NCBI RefSeq assembly: GCF_035084215.1
Contig: NW_027139442.1
Coordinates: forward strand, 5,766,001 to 5,830,000
DNA length: 64,000 bases
Direction of reading: 5' to 3'
DNA from: Heptranchias perlo
Lineage: Eukaryota
Shown here: piece by piece, positions 12,156 through 22,600 of the stretch
Layout: every line of letters begins with the position of its first letter
Position numbering within the stretch: the first letter of the stretch is position 1
Position numbers and translations under genes: made by a program
The notes under the pieces: generated by a model
Seen by the model: the letters and a program-made list of their open reading frames with translations, nothing else
Database searches by the model: none
What the model was told of the DNA's origin: nothing

Positions 12156-15100
12156 AGAAACATAGAGACGCTATGAATCCGCTTGATAATTATTATTACA
12201 GTAAAGGAGCTCTGTCAATGCAAGTTGTTGTTAACATTCATGGCAATGTGTTTGTTGGTTGTCCACTGTGTGAGCAACAGCATACGTTTCAAATGAAAAA
12301 TCGTGCTTGACAAACCTCGGAGAATTCTTTGAGGAGGTAACCGACATGGTAAATGTCGGAAATGCAATGGATACAGAGTAGATGTATTTTAGAAAAACCT
12401 TTGACAAGGTACCAAATGGCTGATTAAGAGAGCAGATTAAGAGATATTGTTCGAGGAGAGTAAATGTGTTTGTTCTAACTTATAAATTACTCCTCAAATC
12501 AGTATGGTTCGCAACATTGAATGCCAGATGTCACCGATTTATTAAGCATATAATAATTAAACATACACTTAAGAGCAGCACATACAACACAAACTTTGCA
12601 AGTTTTAGCGAGAGAACTGCAATGTATACGAATAATGCAAACAGTCTGATCAGACCTCAATCGAATTTGAAAGTATCTGTTCCAATACCCTCTTTAATAC
12701 CTTTCTCTCACCCTTTCTACCTGACAAGTCGTATGTATTGATATTACACAGTTATATCAACAGGTGTCTTTGATTATATATCATTAAACACTGGTTTGAT
12801 TATGTTCTGTCCTTGCAGCTGCAGGTCCGTGTTACATTAGTGACATGGGTGAAAATAACAGCCTTCAAAACATCGCTATTTCTAACTCTTTTTACTTGAC
12901 GTACACTCACTAACTTTCCAGATCCAGGCTATGCTCATTCTCAGCTCGCTGCTTATCTTGAGTAAGGGTTCAAAGCCTTCCTTCTGATGATTAAATTCTT
13001 CTCTCTTTCTTTGGTACAAAGGGAACTTTTCAGCCTGTCCTCTGCTGCTGAAGTTAGTGACTCATTCTTACCCAGATCTCCTATCACCTTCTTCATTAAG
13101 CAGATGGTTATAACTTTAGGATTACTGTATACTTCCACACGTAAGATTTTACAATATAAGAATCATATTTCCCTTCTTAACAATGTCTAAAAGCTAACAT
13201 TACCACCATATCAAGAACAAGCGTTGGGAGTACTGCATTAGCACGCTTTAATCAGTCCGATTAAAGCTTTCCTTACAGTTCCCTCCAACACCACCCCTCC
13301 CCCCACCCCCGTGGTGTTTGCTTTAGAGTATTTAAGACCAACACTGGACATTATTTCATTACTGTCATATATGACTACCCATTAGTTGTACATGATATAT
13401 GAACAATATGATGAATATCATTGTACATTGAACTTGGTTCAAAACTTCGCCCTTGATACTTCCATGTATCGAAAATTCATGACATGCACCTAAAAGTATT
13501 CTGTTACTGTTATTCATATTGCAGATCATTTTAATTTCAATTTTGGGGGTTGAGGTTGAATTTCCAATTTCCAATTTTATATCTTTCTCCACATGCATTC
13601 CCATCCCTCTGATCGGTACCAGTGCGTTTAACCCCATCCTGGTTCTTTGATTAACCTTAATATAGAAGGTCGGGTCCACTGTGAAGTCCGTGTCAGAGCC
13701 TTAAGTAAAATATTTTAATCAGTAATATACCCTCTACTTCTCCTGAGGTACATTAACTATTGTTTTGTCAGCATGAATGAACATGTCTGGGACCCATTCT
13801 TCAGTAGGTCTCCTTCATGCAAACCGCAAACTAGTTGCCTCACTCGCACCATATCACATGTGCTCACACAGCATTATCCCAAGGTCATGCCACCCGTGGC
13901 ATCAGATACAAACCAATCCTGAGCTTCCAGTATATCTTTTTGAAAGATCCGGGATGTCTGGAGCTCTTTGCTCACCTCCTGCATGTTCGTGGCTCGGCTA
14001 TAAAATATATCTTCGCATTGTGACGTATAGGCAAGGAGATCACCTTCTCCGAAATAAAGCTATCCACTAACTATGCTTAACTACACTTTCCTGACATTCA
14101 CCAGATTGTGCATTGATACAATATTGATATCTTGTGGTGAATTGTGCCCAGGTGATTCATATTACTAGTGAGTGTACTCAGACATCTTTTCCATAACAAC
14201 TTCAGTCCGAGTTCCTGAAATTAATCCATTATCACCAAGGGCTTAGATCACATTGTGTGGTATAATTTTCATTTTGTTACCTTATACCGTAGTTACCTCC
14301 TCTCATCCAATTTAGAAGTCCAATTATACAATCTTGCCATCTCATTCATGAGCCATGGAGGAAATTTACCATCCAATACATTATTCATCATTAAACCTGA
14401 GTCCATTTTATCTCTTCATGATCTTACCGATTCCAGAGGGCCGTCCTGCCTGGAAGATATGGGATATGAGTTATCGTTACCACAACAGTACCCCTCCGCT
14501 CCCAACAACCCCCCTCCCCACCACCCCTCCCACCCCCCCACACACACACACTCAACACTAGGATTCGGTTCAGACTCGGCTACTACTGTTGGACTGACAG
14601 GACTTGCCAATGTTCAATTATTTCAGCTGTCTCTCTGTTGAAGTCCTGAGAATTGGTCCCTGGGTCCTAACGCCAGAACGGTTCGAGTGCTCAGTAATTA
14701 TATCCAATTAACCTCTCTCCTCTCGGTTATTTTATTCCCAACTTTTGTCTGTCTTATCAATTTGAATTTCCGCTGACTGACATGGAAAACAACATTTCTT
14801 CCGCTGTTGCAATCATCTTTTATCCACAGTCTTGTGAAAGAACCAACCAGACTGTGCTCTTTTTATTAATAACATTTTATTAACCCAGTTCTGAAAAGGG
14901 AAACGGTCAGGTAAAGTTTTACCCTTCTCGACTGCTTGAACAGCAAATCACGTCAATATATTCTGTTTTTCGAAACCAATGGTGCCCAGGCTTAGTGGTT
15001 TTACAGCAGAGAGAAGAGTGTTTGCAGCTACTTTTGGAGGTAACTCCCATGACACCCCCTCAGGCATTCTGTCGTGGAAGCTGAGAAAGGACATTGAAGG

Positions 15101-15477
15101 GGTTAAAACCGAAACAGGCGAAGTCTTAGTCCAACTTGTCACCACGCAGGGACATTTGATAATATTCTTCTGATGTCCACAGATCTGAATGGAAATTCTG
15201 AACATTGCTGGATCTGCTCCTTGCCCCAACATGTTTTCAGCAAAAGGCTGCTCCTTTAACTCCATGGAGCTACTTCCATGTAAAAGAAATACTCTCGGTA
15301 ATCCTGCGCCACCACCATTGAGGAAGTCCCGAAAATCTGCAATAACATAGAGAAAATCCATTGTGGCTATTCTGGAGTGCGCCGGAACGGATTAACCTGC
15401 TCAGCGTGCGTTTGTCAATATTCTAATTGCCTTTTTGCGGATTCAGTAGAAATAGTCACAGCTGTCTACTGAGTGTT

Positions 15478-15945
15478 TTTAAATTCATTCTTGGGATGTT
15501 GGTGTCGCTGGGAAGGCAGGAATGTATTGTCCATCACGAGTTGCTCATGAGAAGGTGGTGGTGGGCTTTCTTCTTGAACCGCTGCAGTCCGTGTGGTGAA
15601 GATGCTTCCACAGAGCTGTTTGGTAGCGAGTTCCAAGATATTAACCGAGCGTCGTCAAAGGAAGCGCGATATCTCAGCAAGTCAGTGTGGCCTGTGACCT
15701 GGAGGGGAACTCGGCAGTGATGCTGCCCTTGTCCTTCTAAATAATGGAGGTGTTCGCTTGTTTGGTTCGTGCTGTCGAGGAAGCCTTAGTGAATCGTGCA
15801 GATAGCACACATTGTAGCTACGGTGCGCCGATGGTGGAGTGAGTGGATGTTTAACCTGGTGGACGGGGAGCCGATGAAGCGATGAGCCTGAATAAACTTT
15901 TTGACAGATTGAATGCCGCACTCTAACTGAGATAGAGGGCAACAC
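15478..15945 (-). mobile_element. 3' end of a non-LTR LINE (second CR1/L2-group family)
   Basis: Same 3' sequence as the copies at 23411-23868 (+), 26115-26400, 28270-28460 and 34150-34460; encodes a ...HGLQRFKK-like C-terminus. Confidence 0.75.
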
Positions 15946-16067
15946 ACAAGTACATATGACCGGGTATGTCGGGGGTTGAGTTCAAACAAAAGGTTTAGAG
16001 ACTCATTGGGAGTCTTAATGAATGATTACAGCTTGGTGATTGCATTTTAGTTTACGATGGCTGACCT

Positions 16068-16135
16068 GGCGCCGTCGCTTAGCTGGTCAAAGCTCCTGTC
16101 CATAGTGAAGAGATCCTGGGTTCAAACCAATTTGG
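16068..16135 (+). pseudogene. tRNA-Thr(AGT)-derived pseudogene
   Basis: ggcgccgtcgcttagctggtcaaagctcctgtc...gagatcctgggttcaaacc matches vertebrate tRNA-Thr GGCGCCGTGGCTTAGCTGGTTAAAGCGCCTGTC...GAGATCCTGGGTTCGAATC; anticodon arm and 3' acceptor stem are degenerate. Confidence 0.8.
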
Positions 16136-16333
16136 ATCGATTTTAGCGACTTCGTAGAGTGACTGGTGTTTCTAATATACCCTTTTCACTATTTGTTTTT
16201 CTCGAGGTCTGCTGCTACATTTGGTGCAAAAATTGAATCGATCCTTTTCCAGTCAGATGATAAATTGCTGCTCCAGTAGAAATTGTCACCGCTTCATGTT
16301 GGAGAGCCAGGAACAGCTGCCATTAAGTATGGT

Positions 16334-16384
16334 GCATTGGTGGTTCAGTGGTAGAATTCTCACCAGTGACGCGGGTTCAATTCT
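16334..16384 (+). pseudogene. tRNA-Gly(GCC)-derived pseudogene
   Basis: gcattggtggttcagtggtagaattctc is identical to the vertebrate tRNA-Gly 5' end; internal deletion, then cgggttcaattc B box; no 3' acceptor stem. Confidence 0.82.
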
Positions 16385-16686
16385 GTGTGTGCTTCACTTG
16401 CATGATGTACTGTATTCATTTACCAGCACCTCCACAAGAACCTTTTTGCACAAGAATTGTTCACAGGAAGTCGAATGCTGCTTTCTGAAGGCAGCGAGGT
16501 TCAAATTCTAAGTCTCCACAAACATTCAATTGTCCCGGAGCAGGACTTCATCTCACGATCCCCTCAGCAACTCAGAGCAGCCGCTGACTGACGGGAATGT
16601 GTGACGTGGCAATGTCAAGCGAACAGTCACAGCTTTTGTTTCTGATTGACGCTCTGAAATTCGTCCATCACACTTTCTGATTCAGG

Positions 16687-16909
16687 ATGTGGAGATGCCG
16701 GTGATGGACTGGGGTTGACAATTGTAAACAATTTTACAACACCAAGTTATAGTCCAGCAATTTTATTTTAACTTCACAAGCTTTCGGAGGCTTCCTCCTT
16801 CCTCAGGTAAATGTTGCATTTACCTGAGGAAGGAGGAAGCCTCCGAAAGCTTGTGAAGTTAAAATAAAATTGCTGGACTATAACTTCGTGTTGTAAAATT
16901 GTTTACAAT
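16687..16909. mobile_element. Short Penelope-like element remnant: inverted terminal segments with a 13-bp TSD
   Basis: 94-bp inverted arms (16720-16813 and 16817-16910, 1 mismatch); TSD tttctgattcagg at 16674-16686 and 16910-16922; CTGAGGA..GAAA motif. Confidence 0.75.
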
Positions 16910-17132
16910 TTTCTGATTCAGGGAACGGATTACAGAACCGTCACTAAGCCTCAGCATTCGACTTGACTCAGACTTTTTTTGCTAAGTTCAAAGCAAAGAG
17001 CAACTGAAACTCTGCGAAGTCAAACCGAAGTTGAAATTTTGAGCGCACCGAACCGCTGGACAGCTGGTTTTGTGGGATATACAAAGCGGAAAATACAATT
17101 GTTTTCTTCCAAAAGAGCAACATTTTGTCAAT

Positions 17133-17196
17133 GGGCATGTAGCTCAGTAGTACAGCGCATGTGTTGAGGTCGCGAGTTCGGTTCCCGGCATTTCTA
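17133..17196 (+). pseudogene. tRNA-Ala-derived pseudogene, anticodon loop deleted
   Basis: gggcatgtagctcagtagtacagcgcatg...gaggtcgcgagttcggttcccggcatttct versus GGGGATGTAGCTCAGTGGTAGAGCGCATG...CCCGGCATCTCCA. Confidence 0.8.
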
Positions 17197-17859
17197 AACA
17201 ATCTATATTTTAAATCTTGGATGCAATCATGAAATGATCCTCTTGAACTCGTCGCATTCTTACAAAGAAGGATCGCCAACACTTCAACACAGCAAAAACG
17301 TTTGTCAGAAAAATTAACTAAATGGAGGAGTGGAAGAGCCAATTCAATGGCTCCTAATACCAGCGTGTCAAGGTGTTATAGTGAAGCGATCCTTAAACGC
17401 AAGATCAAACCTGGGACATGTCCCGAGTTCCTCTTCAGTGACATGAGACACAATGCTCTCTGCGTCACACGTTGCCCTCCTCTGCACCTCAAGGACTTGA
17501 AACATTCTTGCAGGCCTCTCTTACAATGTGCATAAGCAGATGTCGTCCACATCCAACCGTAAGCCACGTGAGTGATAATGGGAGCGTTCGAAGAACGGCG
17601 ACTTGTAACAGGAAGGATGGAGAAAGTCTCAGCCCGAGGACACTCTCCCCCATTCCCAGACTTATTCTCAATGCCCCATTATCATTACTCTGTGTAAGGA
17701 GACTTTGTTTCCTCCGACCATGCAGAGTTGTATCGGGCCCCGCGTCTTTTCAGAGGCTGTTGTAAGCCTGGAACGCAGATATAACAGCTAGAAAGCATTG
17801 GGGAACCTAACGAAAATTTGGCGAACATTTATCGGCTTGGTTGAGGCATTATGACATGA

Positions 17860-17931
17860 GAGAATGTAGGTCAGTGGGAAATCACATGATTCCCGTGTAT
17901 CAGATCCCACGTTCAATCCCTTGAATCTTCA
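17860..17931 (+). pseudogene. Full-length but heavily mutated tRNA-Ala pseudogene
   Basis: 72-nt ungapped alignment by eye to vertebrate tRNA-Ala (gagaatgtaggtcagtggg...gttcaatcccttgaatcttca). Confidence 0.65.
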
Positions 17932-18257
17932 AGCACTTCTACACAAGAATTAACCAAAGAAAGACGAGCGATGCTTTCTGAGAGCTGCGGATTCCTTCCT
18001 TGAGCCGCTCTCCTGCAGCTTCACCGCTGTATAATAATTTAATATGACCGGAGCAGGACTTAATCTCACTCTCCCCTGAACAGTTCGGCTTACGCAGCTT
18101 GGGACAATAACGTCTACTGCCGGAATGGGTCCCGGTGCAATGTTGGGCGAGCAGTCTGCTTTGGTTTCTGTTTGACGACCGTTCATTCTTCCTTTCACTT
18201 TCTGTATCAGAGATCAGATTTCACCCCAGCCACCAGATCTCGATTTTACAAGGCCAC

Positions 18258-18502
18258 TTAAAGGGTTGGGAATCTTTGGAATTCTTTACCCCCCAGAGGG
18301 CTGTGGATGCTCAGTCGTTGATTATATTCAAGACTGAGATCGATAGATTTTTAGAGACTAAAGCAATCAAGGGCTATTAGGATCGGGCGGGAAAGTGGAG
18401 TTGAGGTCCAAGATTAGCCATGGTCTTATTGAAGGGCGGAGTAGGCTCGAGGGGCGGTACGGCCCACTGCTGCTTCTATTTCATACATTCTTATTTCCTT
18501 AT
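18258..18502 (+). mobile_element. CR1 3' end fragment
   Basis: PQRAVDAQSLIIFKTEIDRFL followed by the CR1 3' UTR. Confidence 0.85.
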
Positions 18503-18504
18503 GT

Positions 18505-18920
18505 GAGGACAGGAGAGCACTGAACTCAGAGAAGAGAGAGCAAGGTGAGTTAAGATAGGGTTTGACGTCAGCCAGGATGACAAGTTGTTCAGTGCAGAGA
18601 CAGAGGGGCAAAACCAGTAATTTATTCTGGGTGAGAAACTTGGCGTGGGGCATGTGTGGGAGGTAGAGAACAAGGATTTTATAGGAGATGTGAGAGGGGT
18701 GGAACAAAGTGAGGTGCTTAAAGGAGGAGAAGGTGCCGGACGACAATGTGGAGAGAACAAGGTGTGATTCGGTGAAGGGCAACACCGCCACCACAGCGGT
18801 TTGGGCGGGGCAGGTGGTGAAAATTACAACCACAAGGGGGGCTTTAGTAAGGAGGAAGGTGTCATCGCTCATCAACCACGTTATCGTTAAAGCCATGATT
18901 TCGATGCAATCCTTTTAATG
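18505..18920 (-). mobile_element. L2-type LINE endonuclease fragment
   Basis: IMALTITWL, GGGVAL and SFKHLTLFHPSHISYKILVLY resemble APE-domain motifs. Confidence 0.7.
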
Positions 18921-18954
18921 AGGCCATGGATGGTCCGGTCAGAGCCCAGTACAG

Positions 18955-19397
18955 TTTAATTAGGACCTTTTCTGACTTGTATTCCATTGTTTTGGGATGT
19001 GTAGTTCAAGATTCTGTTGGATTTATTGATCGCTGCTCTGCACTGGTTAGACAGGTTGAGCGCCGGGTCTGCTAAGAATTTAAGTCCATTTAAGAAGATA
19101 AGAAAATAAAAGAGAGGAGCAGGAGTAGGCCATAGGGCCTCTCGAGCCTGCTCCGCCATTCAATCAGATCGTGGCTGACTTTCGACCTCAACTCCACTTT
19201 CCCGCCCCATCCCCATATCCCTTGATGACCCTACTGTTCAAAAATCTATCTATCGCAGCCTTGAATATAACAACGACGCAGCATCCTCAACCCTCTGAGA
19301 TAGAGAATGCCAAAGATTCACAACCCTCTGACTGAAGAAATTCATCCTCATCTCAGTCTTAAATGGCCGATCCCTTATCCTGCGACAATGGCCCCTC
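18955..19397 (-). mobile_element. CR1 fragments, including a 3' UTR
   Basis: Typical CR1 3' UTR and tail at 19090-19200. Confidence 0.8.
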
Positions 19398-19564
19398 ATA
19401 CGAGTGTTAACTTCGTCCTTAGACATTTCATCTTTCAGTCCATGATCTCCTTACATTTACAGCCCGAGGTTAGGAGTCCAATGATAGATGGTTGGAGGAG
19501 ATGGTTAGTAGTGGGGAAGAGAGAGGATAATTAGCTCAGTCCGTGTATTTGTAATGAACTGATA

Positions 19565-19674
19565 TTATATATTGTTTAACCTACCTCTCTTCCAGAAGCA
19601 CACAACCAACAGAGCAAGGATGAGCATCAGAACCACAGCAGAGCCAACACGAGCCTCCAGCGCAACGGATTCAT
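19565..19674 (-). CDS. Ig receptor transmembrane exon: DESVALEARVGSAVVLMLILALLVVCFWKR, then either a donor after 19585 or read-through GRLNNI*
   Basis: tttag acceptor at 19675-19676, phase 1; ~19-residue hydrophobic run preceded by Arg and followed by KR; G|gtagg donor at 19584. Confidence 0.82.
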
Positions 19675-22600
19675 CTAAATGATATAAAGGGGCAAAGTAG
19701 AACCAAGTTAGCCCAAAGATTATTCACGAAATAAATAATTTGCTATTTAACAAAGAACATAATAGGCAGCGGATGTTTCATAATGCGGAGTGAATTTCTG
19801 AAGGGGAAAAAATGGTTGAGATGAAGGTGTGTTTCCAACACTCGCCGGAGGCGTAATTGGACTTGGCGGGGGAAGCGAAACTGGTGCAGTCCCTTTTGCC
19901 GCCAGTTATACCGCACGCCAAATATCCAGTTGAGTGGAAGTGGCTCCTCTCGTCACTTTTACCCCTATAAATGTCCCACATTAATGCAAGGCTCCAAAAT
20001 CAGGGAATCGGTAATGAGCTCGGCAATGGTTCGACATCCGGGTGAGAAACGGGGACACGGATCAAAGCTCAATTGTCATTAGCCCATTAATTAAAAGCCT
20101 CATATATTCATTGATTCCTTCGTTGGATAATAATAGTGGACCTGGGACCAGGTGAATTTTTAATTCTTCCCAGCTCACGGTAAAAATATCACACCGGCAG
20201 TGTGGAAATTAATCAATTTAATTCTGTTAACTCGAGAATCAGCATTGGGTCTAACCTGCGCATGTGCGGAGAGGATTGATGCGGTGACGTTTCAGGAGTG
20301 GATCTTGGTCAGAACTCACCTGTTCTCTGCACAGAGGCTGACCGATTATTACAGCATTTGATTGTTTTTATCGTGTTTTGCTGACTAGGTTAAATTAGTT
20401 CTTGTTAAAGACCGTAGCGTGGATGTTATTTTCTCAGCTTCACCGGGGGGCAACCCTGGACTGTTCGCGGATTGGTAAGGAACGACAGGACAAACCGAGC
20501 GAATTTAACTTCTCATCAGAATTTGAAAAATTAAATCATTCAACGTTTTATGCTGTAGTTTTTTCCTCAGTAACACGATAAATGGCGAACATTTAATGAA
20601 ATAAGCGTTACAATGCTTTTTGATATAATTTCCACGCCACTTTTACGCCACACTGGATCAGGCCTAAAATGGAAAATAAACACATTTTACTGGTGTCGGA
20701 TGAACACAAGTTAACAAAGCACTGGGGTTTATTTCCAGCGGAATAGAATCGGAAAGCAGATTTTTTTGTTAAACTGGTATAGAACCTTGGTTCGACCACA
20801 TTTAGAATACTGTGTACAGTTCTGGCCTCCAGAATACATAAAAGTATAGAAGCACTGTCGAAAGTGGGAAGAAGATTTAGGAGGATGTCACCAAAACTGA
20901 GAGGGTACAACTATCAGGAAAGACTGAACAGGCCGGGTCTCTTTTCTCGAGAAAAGAGCTGATCTGATGGAGGTTTTAAAATTATGAAGGGGTTCGATAA
21001 GGTCGATAAGAAGTTTGTACTTGTGCGGAGTCCAAAGCTCGGGGACGTAAATACAATATAGCCACAAATAAACCCAATAAGGAATTCAGGAGAGACATCT
21101 TTACCCTGATCGTGGTTAGAATGCGCATCTCGCTGCCACATGGAGTGAGTGAGGCAAATAGCATAACTGCATTTAAGGGCAAGCTAGATGAGTACACGAA
21201 GGAGAAAGGAAAAGAAGGACATGTTTATAGCGTGAGATGAAGTAACGTGGAAAGAGGCTCGTGTGGAGCATAAAGACCGCCATCGATCCGATGGGCTGAA
21301 TGTCCATTTTGTGAGCTGTAAAAACACCCATGATCCATTTGAATGGCGGAATATGCTTGAGGGAATGGATGGCTTAATTCCATGTTAGTAAAATTCGATA
21401 GAATTCGAAGTGATACAGTCACCGTGCCAATCTCACTCACCTCTTACAGTTATGTGTACAGGGTCACTCAGAGCTGACGTTTGCAGCTTTCTCTTCCCAT
21501 TTGCTTCATACAAACATATGTAGTTTCCTCCATCGTCATGATCTATATTCGTGAGCGTGAAGGTGACATAATTTCGCCGTGCAGCAGCAAACTGGATATC
21601 CGAGTAATTCGCTTCCCCATGTCTGTATAAGTAAAATGTGGAGCAAGGAAGCTTCTGGCGATTTGTGCAGTTAAAGATGACTTTTCCACCTTTCACAGCA
21701 ATACTAGAATCCACTGATATATTTGGTTTGGGTAGGTCTGTAATTCGAATGGAACAAGTAGTGACAATCGATTGAAATGCAATGAGCAAACGTATTTTTG
21801 TGAGCCAAACTGTAATGCACCAGGTACAGCAGTCCTGAATAATTTCACCGGATTCCGCACATTGCTGCCAATCGTGCAGCTGAACAATTAATGGTTCAAC
21901 CAACTTTATAGCATTTTGGTTTACTTTATATTCAGCATCCGAGCGCCCGTGCAGTCATCTCAGGCACGATACAGTAGACGAAAAGGGAGAGCAGTGGGCG
22001 AGGGAAATGCACGATTGGAAAACAGACAACTTGTATTCACTGGAGATTTGTGTGTGTGAAAATTATAGAAAGAAAAAGATGGCCTAAAATCTCGAGGGTA
22101 TTTTGAAATCCTTCCCTTCACTGGCTTACACTTTGTGATATGTAATTGTACCACTCACACTGGAATTATCACAGACACAATTTAAAAGGCCTATTGAACA
22201 TTGCTATTCGTAATTAAATATTTTGTACCCTGTGAAACATTTATCAGAAAGTGCGATTTCTTATCATAACTTCCTGTTATGTATCTACTTTAGTTCATGG
22301 AACAGCGTTTACTCGACATTTCTCTTCATTATAAGTTCAGAAGTGTGGCTGTTCGCTAATGATTGCACAGTGTTCAGCTCCATTCGCAAATCATCAGATA
22401 ATGAAGAAGTCCATATCCGCATGCTGCAAGACCCGGCCAACATCAGACTTCGGCTGATAAGTGGAAAGTAACATTCGCACCACACAAGTGCCAATCAAAG
22501 ACCATCTCCAACAAGCGAAAGTCTAACCACCCCTTTGACATTCAATGACATTACCATCGCCGAATCCCCGACCATCAACATCTGAGAGGTCGCCATTGAT

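Noticed and set aside
16068-17931. Functional tRNA genes
   Set aside because: All four lack an intact cloverleaf, so they are reported as pseudogenes
17950-18205. Possible cytoplasmic-tail exon of the Ig receptor
   Set aside because: Open frames exist, but the acceptor lacks a pyrimidine tract and no clear ITIM/ITAM is present; cannot be supported without transcripts
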